A DNA stretch of 59,480 nt, the filler included, from Dirinaria sp. TL-2023a (Eukaryota), in assembly GCA_051941275.1 (NCBI GenBank). It is 4 parts of 4 records of this genome, joined end to end, with 100 filler letters (N's around TTAATTAATTAA, not from the genome) between each part and the next. Parts side by side here need not be neighbours in the genome. Positions count along the whole stretch, not along the records: positions 44,695 to 59,480 come from JAVEBF010000581.1; 3 more parts are not named here. One strand, given 5' to 3'. Position 1 is the first letter of the stretch, and every line of letters begins with the position of its first letter. The position numbers were made by a program, and so were the translations under genes. Shown one piece after another: positions 48,281 through 59,480 of this stretch. Under the pieces are notes generated by a model, which was not told where the DNA came from, did no database searches, and saw only the letters and a list, made by a program, of their open reading frames with translations.

Positions 48281-50105
48281 ATGGCAGCTGCAAATCATCT
48301 CGCTCGTAGCATATCTTGGCCACCGTCCGCCTTTCACTCGATTGACGAGTATAGCCCGCTGCTTCACAAAGCATCGGAAGATGATTTCCGGCATCCATCG
48401 CCTCCCAATGGAGAGCCGCCCCCAACCAAAACCGTGGAAGAACTGGACACGGTCAATCTGATATTGATCATGATGAGTTTGTGGCTTGATACTTTCACTT
48501 CTGGGCTGGGTGAGTACCTAGGAAGACTCATACCGTTCCGCGGGTTAGCCGATCGATGGCCGTACCCAGACCGGAGCAATGGCTAAAACAGACGTAGATG
48601 GCACAATCATGGCAACCTTGGCAGCACCCATCTCCACCGAATTTAATTCACTCTCGCTTTTTGCATGGCTTGCAACAGCGTATATAATCGGATCAGGAGC
48701 CGCGCAGCCTTTGAGCGGCAGACTGACGGACATCTTCTCTCGTCAGTGGGGGTTGGTCGTTTGCAATTGTGTCTTCGCCACCGGGAATCTGATATGTGGG
48801 CTCAGTCGGTCAAAGTGGACGATGATAATCGGAAGAGTGGTGGCTGGAGCTGGCGGAGGCAGCTCCACCGCTGTAGCTCTGATGTTGATCAGCGATTTGA
48901 TCCCCTCACAACGACGTGGGCTTTGGCAAGGTGTCTTCAATACGTTTTGGGGACTGGGAAACGGTCTCGGCGGTCTGTGGGGAGGCTACATAAACGACAC
49001 CTGGGACTGGAGAGTCGCCTTCCTGGCGCAGATCCCGCTCACCCTTATCTCTTTGACCATCGTCTCTTTCAGGTTCCATACTATCGGAGCCCACGTCCCA
49101 CGAAATCGTAGTGACGCCAAGTCGTCGATATCCCGGATCGACTTTCTAGGATCGAGCCTTCTCGTGTCGGCCTTGGTGCTGTTTCTTCTAGGCATAACGG
49201 TTGGTGGGAACGTCGTACCCTGGTCGCACCCACTTGCATGCGCTCCGCTCCCGTTGTCGTTTGCCTTCTTCTGTGCTTTCATCTACGTGGAAAGGAGCGT
49301 TGCACGTGAGCCGATCCTGCCCCTGCACTACCTCAAGGTCAGGACGATACTGTGCGCTTGTCTGACGACTTGGTTCTTCCACTTGGCCCATTATACTATT
49401 GTGTTCTATGTGCCCATCTATTATCGGGCTCGAGGCGCCAGTACAACTCGAGCAGGTACTGCCTTAATACCAATAGGTGTCACGTTCCCTTTGGGTTCAC
49501 TCACAGCTGGATTGGTCTCCTCCCGGACCGGTAGATACAAAGAATTTCTCCGGACCGTTACCTTTCTGTTTCTTCTGGGCACAATCGGGACTTCGTTCAA
49601 TTCACTATCTACACCTCTTTGGCTGCCTCCGATGTTTTTGGTCTTGATAGGTTTCGCTTTCGGTGGCATGCTGAACTCGACACTGGCTGCATTTACTACC
49701 GCTGTTGAGAGAGTGGAGCAAGCGCTTGTGATCTCCCTGGGCTTCGTCTTCCGTTCGACCGGGGCCGTCATGGGTATAGCCATTGGATCAGCCGTGTATC
49801 AGGGCGTGCTCGAGCGCAACCTCTCGAGACGACTTGGCAGTATGGATAACGCGGCTGATATCATCCAGAGCATCAAAGATAGCTTAGACGAGGTCGGACA
49901 GCTGCCAGAAAGTCTCCAGGTTGTGGTGAGGAACTGCTATATGGTAGCGTTAAGGTCGACCTTCTCGACAACGGTGGTTTTCGCCATCTTAGCCGTGGTC
50001 AGTGGGTTTTCGGTCAAGCAATTGAAAATGCACTCTTCCTGGAGCCGAGATGCAGACGTTGCCTCCGTTAGAAGGGACAGACGAAACACCGTCGAAAGCG
50101 GTTGA
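48281..50105 (+). CDS. MFS transporter, DHA2/Vba-like (14-TM), 2 exons
   Basis: N-terminal DEYSPLL acidic-dileucine-like motif, DGTIMATL, WLATAY, QPLSGRLTDIFSR, GRVVAGAGGG, WRVAFLAQIP, RIDFLGS, EPILPL. Confidence 0.92.
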
Positions 50106-51334
50106 AGTTGCATGAATAGCTCATTAAATCGATCAAGGGCATACAATAACATCCATAAAAGCTCAATATTTGCAGTCTGCAGCTTGCAATTCAAAACCTT
50201 GAATTGGCGTTGACAAATCTTCCACAAGTAGAGTTGAGCGCGCGATCTTTGGTTGGGCTAAATTGCAGCTTTATAGCCTGTAGATTGATTCGGGTACAAT
50301 GAGGGGCTCGCATTGTCAGTGAAGGGTAAGAGTAGCCCATACGTTTCGGGCTGAATGCGATTGAGCGGCGTTGGCTTCAACCTCATGAACGACGGCAGCA
50401 CAAAGCATACTATGCAGCTTTGGAGGCCGAGCTCAAAAGGGCTAAAGCTGGAAGTAGCTCGTGTCTCTATTCCCAACGTCGTAGTGCTGGCGTACTGAAC
50501 CTTGCATAGCTCAAAGTTACACACCCCAGGCTTTTAGCAGCGCAAACACTGAAGAGCGGGCTGACTCTGGAAACGGAGTGTCGTTGGCGATTGTCGCGTT
50601 TGTGTAGGTCACATGAGCGCTAGAGTATCGATACACGGTGTGTACCTCGCCGCGGATTGGGGAGGGATCGGGACTTCCTGGGTTCCGATGTTTTGGAAGG
50701 TCTCCTTGAGTGGGCTGCATCGAGCCTCTTCATGTCAACGGCATCGCGCCTGGGTAGGGTCCAGTTCAAGCACCATGCCGCTTTCAGTGAGACACCGTAG
50801 TCCATGTAGCTAAAGAGCCAGTCCAGCGTCTGGGAGAAAAAATATTCACATTTGAAATGCATTGGCTGGTACACAGAGGACTGAGAGGACTGGGATGCCG
50901 AGAGAGAATTTCTCTTATGGCCTTTGGTGGCGGTGTACGCTTGGCTTGGTGGAAAAGAGGCTGTATTCGTGAGTGAAAGAGAAGACAAGTAGAAACAAGT
51001 ACGTAGATACATCGTCTAAAATCTTGACACGCTCTCGATCGTCTTCCGCGAAAGTAAAGCGAAGTTTCTACAATGACAAGTTCTGAAACTGGCGGCTAAA
51101 TTTCGGTGATATCTCGGGTAAACACCGGTTCTTCAGCCCTCTTCAACCCTCCGAGCCCTCCTAACCCTGGGCTGTATCCCCCAACCCCGTCCAAACCCCA
51201 AACAATCAACCACTACCGAATACCACCTACGACCCCCCTTGGACCACTTCACTGCTACTTTATTCTCTCATCTTTTCAACTTCACTTCTACCTTGCCATG
51301 ACCTTTTTGACAGCACAAACCTATCGTCATCACC

Positions 51335-53216
51335 ATGGGCACTCGTGGCTACAAGGCTTGGCGGTTCCGCAAACGCTACTACTATCAATACAATCATTAC
51401 GATAGCTATCCTCGTGGTCTAGGCAAAGAGCTCGCTGGTGAAATTCCACCCAGCAGCCAAAAGTACTCAGCCTGGCTTGAGGATCAACGTCGAATGGTAG
51501 CAGAATGGGAAGCTCGATGGGATGAGTACTTGGCCGTCGATCCGAGCAGCCACAACCCCCTTAAACTACCTGACAATCTAGACTTCATGACCGAACAACC
51601 GCCGAGCTGGATGGTCCCTCTGAATGATATCTGGATAGAATGGGTCTATATCCTCGACCTGGACCGTGAGATTTTTAGCGTGAATAACGGCGCTCACTTC
51701 AAGCTCGACCGGATCCCACATGTTGATTGGATCGCAGCGCTTGCTGATGGGGGACTTGGCGACAAAATCGCCCTACCAGGACTCGTGAGAGAAGATGCGA
51801 TTGCTAATCTGGTGGCTGATCCACGTTCAACATGCGGCGGCGCAACTACTCACCTGGAGGCTCTCACCATCGCACAGGTACTCTACTCTACGGAAAGGGT
51901 ATGGGTGAAGGAGTGCTGATGTGTTTCAGTCTCGTGGTCCCATTCATCGACTGGTAAAGCCTCGGGACCTTGTACACATCCCCTGGCGTCGTCGGCATGG
52001 GCCTTTGCTTCGTTCGCACCTATACTTTTTCTGGCTGAGTGGATTGAAGGAATCACTCGCAGCAACACTTCTTCAGTGGTCTCCTCAAGATCTACCTTTT
52101 CGCGAAATCGCCTTCGCCATGCTATGCCTAGCGCTGGGGGGAAAGTACTTGACGGTTATTTCGACCGCAAACCTCGATGCCAATTCAACCTTCGGCTTTT
52201 GGGATCCCGGATCCGAATCCTCGAACGGCTTGGAATTCGTAAGCGTTCTAGCGACCGGAGCCCACGTCCGAGGCGCTACCCCTGGCACATCACCTGAAGG
52301 AGTAACCTACTGGCTAGAAAATGTGCTTGTAGTCCTTGCCACCCAGCTCTACCGATCGGGGGCTGTGAAGGAAGAGATTTCGCGCGTTGTCAAGTACTGC
52401 CACGATAACAACCCCAACGAATGCGTCGATGCCGTATTGATGTCTATCGAGCATGCCGTACTAATCCATGTCATTCCCAACGAGGAAGTTCAACACAGTG
52501 CCCTTCTTCCACTGATCGATATTCCCAACCACCTTAGCATGAATGCAACGGAACGTTACGCCAGCTGGTATCTAGACAAGTTCGCATGCAAAGACAAAAG
52601 ATTCCTGAAGAAAGAAAAAAAGAGACTCAGAAATGCAGCTGACGAGAGAATGCGTAAGCAAGGCCTCTTCATACACCGGAACGACTCGGATGAAGAGAAG
52701 GAAGAGTCTTCCGAAGACGAAGATTTCGCCCTATACAATTCCCAAGCGGAAGCTGAGGGGTGCGAGTTCTCTGCTTTCTACGCCCTAAGTCATGTTTTTG
52801 ATGCAGCTGCTCGTCGCCGTATGCCTCCTGCAAAGGCCAAAGATGGACATTTTCCAAATGAAATTTACGCCAACATACTCGGACATGTTACGGACATGGA
52901 AACAAGAAATTCGTGCATGGAAGTCTCCAGGGTCTTTCGCCAGATATGCCAGGAAGACCTCTTGTTTGCAGATCACATGGTTTTCGCGCCTTGCGAAGCA
53001 TGTAAGGAATGTGTCGAACCAGACGACATTCCCAAGATGTTCGACGTCCACGATGTTGCTCTTGGTGAAAAATATGAGGTCGGTCTCACGCGAGTGAGCG
53101 AATATTTCGCGGATTTTGAGAGAGGTTCTCCATGGGGGGTGCTTATTGGGGACCAACTCCATAAAAAGAGCCTGCCTCAAGGTCTGAAGTTTAGGTTCCG
53201 CAAAGAATATCAATGA
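51335..53216 (+). CDS. MGTRG-domain protein with a C-terminal F-box-like motif, 2 exons
   Basis: MGTRGYKAWRFRKRYYYQYNHYDSYPRGLG...IEWVYILDLDREIFSVN; intron ~51878-51929; FPNEIYANILGHVTDMETRNSCMEVSRVFRQIC. Confidence 0.8.
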
Positions 53217-54636
53217 ACCCAGCGAGATTTAGGAAGGTTGCTCCTATATTGCCCGTGCGACATTCGCCATGAGTATGATCTACGGGTATGCTGGACCAAA
53301 TCTTCGTCATGCGATACGAGCACTCGTATATCAGCTAACTCGCTCGATTTCGAGTTGTTAGTATCCACAATCTCGCTGCAGCACAACCGCGTACGGGCTC
53401 GTGAGAAGTTCTGACTCAGGGAAAGCAAGCTGATTCGAACACAGGGACGATCGCAAACCGCTAGCTCGCTAGCTCTACTTAACATGCGAAGATAATTGCG
53501 ACTTCGACCGAGCATTCCTAGGAACATGAGTCCAAAGCGTGTGGTCTTCCGGTAGCTTAGTCATAGATACAAGCAATCAGCATCAAAATAGCAAAAGCTT
53601 CAATATTCAAAAGTCATCTCCTACGATATATATCAATGAAGAATCCTCCTCGTTGCCTACTGAGCTGATAAGCGCCATTCGTAGCATGATCGACCCAGCT
53701 GCCACCCGTGACAAGATTACCGCACAGCCTTCCTGCAGCGAATTCGTGATTGCTAGGCATCAGCTTCCCCCCAGGTATGGATCGAAAAGTGAACTGGGCT
53801 CTGTATGCTGTACATTACCCAGCTCGCAGCGTGATGCTCCAAAGTCCTTCCCCTCGTTGCCTTGTCTCCTGGGGAAAAATGGAGTTGTTAGCCTGAGGGT
53901 TCACCCTTCCTTTCAGAAAATCTAGCGACTTGGAAACAACATCTCGGAGCTTGAATTTTTTTTCAGTTTGCGTAGCGGTGTATCGTATGACCCTTTTCCC
54001 ATCTTTCTGACAATTCATTTTTCTCCGCGAGCTTGTATGCATATCACGTGACATTGGCTATACTTGGCCCATCGACTTCTCGTCTGCTTGGCGTATTCCC
54101 AAATCTTGTTCAAATATCTCATGTCCAGCGCTTCAATGAGGCAGCAGTATTCAAGTAGAGTCTCGGTGGTATATGGGCTGCTAGATGCCGCTCCTTCTGA
54201 TATCATGATCTAGGTACGCATGTCGACACTTCAATACCTTGCTGTATTTTGCTCTTTAGGCTGTGGCAGGATTTGGCTATCATGCAGCCACCCCGAATCT
54301 CGCGACAAAAGCACCAATGCGACGACTTTGCCGTCTTCACAGCCATGAGGCTCTCCTCAAGGCAGAGTTTGTTGTGTAACCTGAGAAGTGAGTTGCGACC
54401 GCAGCCTTGCCCCGCCCACTTCTGTATCTCGTAGAGATGCTGTCTCATAACTTTGCTCCCAGTCGATGCGCGCTTCCTTTCTTCGCTGAACCACGAAGTC
54501 TTTTCGAAGCCTTTTCGAGTGATTCTGTCCAGTCCAAGGAGTTTCGATTACTCGACACGGCTGGAGATACTTTCACCGCCTGCACAGAAGAGCTTCGCGC
54601 TTGGGCCTTTTGTGCTGCTCGACAAGATCTCGGACT

Positions 54637-57600
54637 ATGTCTACCATTGGGAGAATCGCGGCTTCGCTTTTTTCAGGTGTCAATGACAATACTTTTGCCT
54701 TAGCAAACCTCAATGTTGACTTTTCTCTCGTCAAAATCGAGGCCCCGGTACTCGACCGGGGCCTTCGATCGGCATTGTCCCGTTCCCGCGTCGAAGATGC
54801 TGAGCGAGGAGAATTGCATCGTACGGCCAGGAAGCTAGGCGCTTTATTCGAGCAAATTCTACCTCCGATCAAGAAGCTCGCAGAGGTTTACGGTAAAAGA
54901 GTGTCGGAGATTTCGTCTTCCGAAAAACTTAGTAGAAAGGTCTGATTCCTTTCTTATCCCCTTGTAAGCGATCAGCCTTTCCTATTTCTACTGCAGTATT
55001 TTCCACACATCTTAAGGATTTCATGGCTTAGACCGCAAACCGCTTGCTGCTGCTTTTCCAGCCGCTGTATATGACTTCCTTAATCAGTACGATCTGATTC
55101 TAGCCAACGGCACGTAAACACTAGGTGAAGGTAGAGAATCGTGGCTAACGTAGATTATGCAGGGTTCTACAAGAGATGGACCTTTTGCAAGCAATATAGG
55201 GTTCGACGGAACCTCGATCTATGCTGCGGCTACTTCAGGTCAGAGCGCCATCGCGGTCCACCTTCTAGCATGTATGCTCGCAAGGACGTGGTCTGGAAGC
55301 GAAGCTACTGCAATCTGGGCAGAGCTTGTGTCAAGCCGTAAGAAGGACATAGAAAAGAACCAGGATGTCAGCCAAATACAGGGTCTTGCCGCAAAGGTAG
55401 CCGCTGAACAGGAGATCTCGCGAGACGAATTGGCACGATGGGACTCTAGCGCGCGAGCGTGGCTTCTTTGTGCTGATGAGGTTCAAAAGGTCAAGTTGAC
55501 GCAGTTACGACTTACCACAAGGGACTGCGGCTTGCACGTAAGCTCAATCGGAAATACCTACGACAGCGTTGTTGAAGTGTGGACTGCAGCAATGAGAACA
55601 ATTCAAGATCTGATTGTTGGGATGCCTCACAGGATCTCGAAAGGGGCAGTGCTGGTTGGCATATCTGCGTGGCATATATATCCCGATCTCAACGTGGTTG
55701 GGCCTCTAGCTCATGTTCATTTTGACGATGACCTTGTCGAAGATGGCGGTATTATCACTATTGGACTTCAGAGCGCGTATCCAGATGAGCACAACGGTGT
55801 TCAATGGTCGCTTTCTCTCTCCCATCTGAGATACTACGGAAACCCAGTCAAACTGAGTACCACTGCGGGCGATGCAAGCCTGCGAGTCACCATGCGAGAG
55901 CTGCACTGGGCAGCGTTGGGCAGCCTCTTTGCAAAGTGGGACCCTTGTGTGACAAACAACACAATAGCTTGTGAATTTCTGCTGGCTCTTCGCGATATTG
56001 TGCATGGCTCCAAAGTCTCTAGCTTTGGCTGGCTACAACTAATCTGGGATGCCTCGCAACATTTTTTGGACCTGCCTTCTTCATTAGAAACAGAAAACGC
56101 GTCGTCACTAATGGCTGCAGGCAGACGCAAAGGACAAAACTTTTTGGGCGAATACTCCGGAATACCATTCTTTGGCTTGGCAGATCCAATGCTGGTGGAT
56201 TGGCTGTGTTGGAATCCACCTGCGCACAAATTTACGGTCTTTGAATATACCCTAAGATGTGTTGATTACTTGCGCGACCTGGTTTCAAGGAAGGGTGCTT
56301 CGACCCACTGCTACGTGATCCGGTATTGCGGATACTATGGCTAGGTGACTTTCCGAGGCCGTCCGATTCGTAGTCCAAAATTCCGAGCACCACCGCTAGA
56401 CTGTTATCACTATACAACAGCTTACCCAATCGAGGTTGCGAGCGCAAAAAGAGATCGATATGGTGACCCCAAGCTAAATAAGATGCATTGTCACTGGCTC
56501 TCAATCCAGTGCCCTGAATCGTCGATGCAGCCAAGTCAATGGCCCACAAGCGAGTGTTTGATGAAAATTCGTGATAGCGGTGACATATCTAACGTGGAAT
56601 ATGCGCGTGTATTCAGTTTCGTGTGGAGCAAACCACCGTCAAGTCTGTTGGGTAGAGACCCTGATGTGAATGCTTGGGAAGGACAAACTGCACGCTTTGA
56701 ATTCGTTGCCGGGAACCCAGAGGAAGTTGCTCTCTATGAGATCAAACAAGATCGAAGAATCTCTATCCAGAATTTTTTAAGAGAGACACAGGATTTACTA
56801 GCCTGTTGCGCTCTGGACATATCAAGCCGAACCGAGTCATTGATTATCTGGTCTCGTGCCAAAGAGCAGCAAGATACCATGCATCCATGCTACGACATGC
56901 GCCAATACAGATAAAGCCCTCGCATATCATGGAAGGAGGCTCCTCTGAGCGTCGAAGCTTTGCTGTTATTCGCTCATTATCAAATCTTGCAAAAGCAACA
57001 CGACTATACGATCAGCTTCCAGGGGCAACTGTTTCGATAACAGTTTTGAATGTTTCGCTTGACGATTGCTACTGGTCTGGTCAGGAATTTTAGGTCGATT
57101 TGGACAATTGGACTGATCCCTGCTTGAGAGCTGACAAAGAACGAAGCCGAAAATTCGCTTGCATCGCCATGTTCGAATCAGGGAATCTCAACCTGGCTCC
57201 GGAATCCATCAAGTCTGTCATGGCAATGTCTTCTGGTAATTCGATCTTCACTCTTAATTCGCTGATTCGAGACGCGTCACATCCAAGCTCTCAAAATGTA
57301 CAGATAACGCGTATCTTGGGCAACTTGAATCGCCCAGGTATTGTTATGCTTGTGCCTCCACAAGCGCCTCTAATAAGAGAAAGCGATCCTGGCGCATGGC
57401 GAGTGATCAATCACGCCCCATTCGACGGCGAACCAAGGGACGGTTTCGATAACACTACTTTACACCTATCATTTACAAACTACGAGATGCCACTTATTGT
57501 TCGGACCGGGGTTATTGATGCTGAGGTCACCATACTGGAGTCTCTAGTGTCGGTTTACGATCGACAGACTTGGACTGCGGATATTGACGTCGTCACCCAC

Positions 57601-57906
57601 ATGGACGAATCTACCACGCAAATGGGTTCAAAGCGATGCAATCATATTTCAAATGAAAGTGCATTACCGCCGGAAGAACTTGTCACGCGACTCAAAGAAG
57701 CCAGTAACAGGCGACTAGTCGCAATTGATAGCTGGGAAGAGCTGCTCGATCCGCCAGAAGGTCTGGGGACAAGAACGCTTGGGATTGTGAGAGCGGTTGG
57801 CAATTGGCAAGCAAGACTTGCGACGGCCACCATCTGTATGCAGCTAAGATTTATATTCTCGTTAGGCCTGGCGGTATCTGTGACGAGTGCTTTCTCGAGT
57901 TTTTAA
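54637..57906 (+). pseudogene. Disrupted gene of a large uncharacterised fungal protein family (NTFALANLNVDFSLVKIEAP N-terminus)
   Basis: ATG at 54637, intron after ~54939, family-like motifs HRTARKLGALF, DGTSIYAAATSG, SAWHIYPD, WSLSLSHLRYYG, FACIAMFESG, ILGNLNRPG, DSWEELLDPP; in-frame TAG at 56342 and 57091 and a frame change near 56760-56806. Confidence 0.75.
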
Positions 57907-58052
57907 AACTCAATGCACTAATGGCATCGGCAATGCACACCTTAATACTTTGAAAGGTCTGAAAGTGGGTCTATGAAAGTATATTGAAGTAAAAGAAGTC
58001 TTTGGCACAAGTCTATCCCGTAACCTCACAATAAAGAGAGGCTCTACGCTTA

Positions 58053-58504
58053 CAGTACCTCCGCATAAGTCTACGTCCAACCCCTATTTTACACCAAAAC
58101 TGACCTTCTGCGCAGTTACCAAACCACCGTTAGATACTTCTGTGATTTTTTCAAACTTTCAAAAGTTTCAGATATTTACTCTATCTAAAACTCCACTTAC
58201 TCAGAATTTCAAAAACAATACTCTGTTTCGAACAGCGTGCTCATGTATGCGACCGTAAGTAAAAATCACGATTTTCCCATACAAATTCGAGCATTTTCAA
58301 CCATGCATTTACTCTCGCGCACACTACAAACATCAAAGAATAGCAATCAAAAATCTGAATCGACAGAATAACGTAATCTGCTAAATTCTACAACTTCGTC
58401 CGCAGATAAAAAATTTTGTTAACTGTGAAGTTTTCGGTGTCGCCTACGAAGTTGATGAGTTTTGGTGTAAAAAGGGGGTTAGACGTAGACTTCATGGCCA
58501 ACTG
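58053..58504. mobile_element. Tc1/mariner-type MITE (452 bp) with imperfect TIRs and TA target duplication
   Basis: Left end TA|CAGTACCTCCGCATAAGTCTACGTCCAACCCCTATTTTACACCAAAACT; reverse complement of the right end TA|CAGTTGGCCATGAAGTCTACGTCTAACCCCCTTTTTACACCAAAACT; AT-rich non-coding interior. Confidence 0.85.
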
Positions 58505-59452
58505 TATACTACTCTCGCCATCCATATAGTGCGAGAGACTACGTCAATCTCGGACAAGCAAGAGAGAAGCACACGATTTGTATCACGGGTTCAAGTGCGA
58601 AGGTAGTTTCACCATCAAGACATCTCAGCGGGATCTTAAAGCTCGATACCTCGCGTGCTATCGAAACCTAAGTAGTCGGCCGTATCGGGGGCGGAGCTGA
58701 GAAACGCCGAATCCAAGAGGCTCAGACGAATATGTGTGTACGAGATATTAACAAGAACATCTTGCAGAACAAAGATTCCCACTATCGTGAACACTGTTTC
58801 TTGATCTATAACCACTGTAACATACGACCAACTTGGCTCCGATATCTACTGTATCTATCCAAAGAGGAGAAAGACGAAAAGATTTTCCAGTTTCTCCATC
58901 CGCAAAAAGCTCCTTTCAAAATTAAAGCTCTGAAGGGGTCGATTAAATCGAATCAAAATGAATTCGAGCTTCTTGGATCAATTGAAGTATTCCAAATACT
59001 AGTCATGCCTCGAAGACGGTTCTCACGGTTGAGCAGCTGCATAGAGACCCCTTATCTCTATAAATCCCGCCAACCACGCTTCGCCCCATGTAATCGCTTT
59101 AGCTGGCCAGCTACACAGACTCCAGATTAGAAACCGCTGAGTACATGTAGAGAAGCATAATGATCTTCCCGTTTCCAAATCAAAACCGTTAATGATTTTA
59201 CAAAAGGCAAGTACTTCATCGAGCACGTTTTTCTTCCTTAGCTGCACTATGGCAGTATGCAAAAGTATTCTGAACTTCCTTTTTGAACGAGATCCCTATC
59301 TACTATCCTGTTCCCTAACGGTCCCCAGAAAATTTTGGGTCGTTTCTCAAATCTGTGAGTCTTGACCAACAATAAGTTCAAAGATAGGAAACATTGACTT
59401 CCCTCCCTTCTTCAACGCTCCCCTTTCTCCCCTCCAAACTATCCAAACTTTT

Positions 59453-59480
59453 TAAATAAATAAATAAATAAATAAATAAA
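59453..59480. repeat. (TAAA)n microsatellite at the window end
   Basis: Directly visible. Confidence 0.95.

Noticed and set aside
45700..50105. Carboxylesterase plus MFS transporter as a secondary-metabolite cluster
   Set aside because: No PKS, NRPS, terpene synthase or cluster regulator in the contig.
53500..54600. Short ORFs between the MGTRG gene and the pseudogene, and others at 58732-59262
   Set aside because: No recognisable domain or consistent splice model.
1..59480. Starship captain (tyrosine recombinase), NLR, CRISPR array, tRNA or rRNA genes
   Set aside because: No DUF3435, NACHT/NB-ARC, regular repeat-spacer array or structural RNA signature was recognised by eye; tRNAscan and Infernal were not run.

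Overview
Intron-containing DNA from a filamentous ascomycete (Pezizomycotina; species not identifiable from sequence alone). The window is not one locus. It is four segments of about 14.8 kb (14810, 14792, 14792 and 14786 nt, non-increasing length) joined by identical artificial 100-nt spacers (44N-TTAATTAATTAA-44N), so adjacency across the spacers carries no meaning. It holds about 22 intact or partial genes: UBP14, a dienelactone hydrolase, an SDR, a DUF6601-type protein, a permuted papain-like enzyme with a (QX)25 tail, ferroportin, an HPA3-like GNAT, an oxidoreductase-like protein, DPM3, an ARM-repeat protein, a GT8/GNT1-like enzyme, the 3' part of BPL1, a small Cys-containing secreted protein, a double-GFA protein, a kelch protein, YggS/PLPBP, MscS, a carboxylesterase, an MFS transporter, an MGTRG-domain/F-box protein and two hypothetical proteins. 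It also holds two clear pseudogenes, a Tc1/mariner-type MITE and a pair of diverged ~260-bp direct repeats. Best leads: (1) the PPPDE/LRAT-like enzyme with a strictly alternating Gln-X amyloid-like C-terminus, head-to-head with a DUF6601-type membrane protein; (2) direct repeats bracketing an F-box pseudogene and the GNAT; (3) the MGTRG-domain/F-box fusion; (4) a recurrent intergenic TAAGGTA/TACCTTA motif. Family names come from motif recognition, not from database searches.
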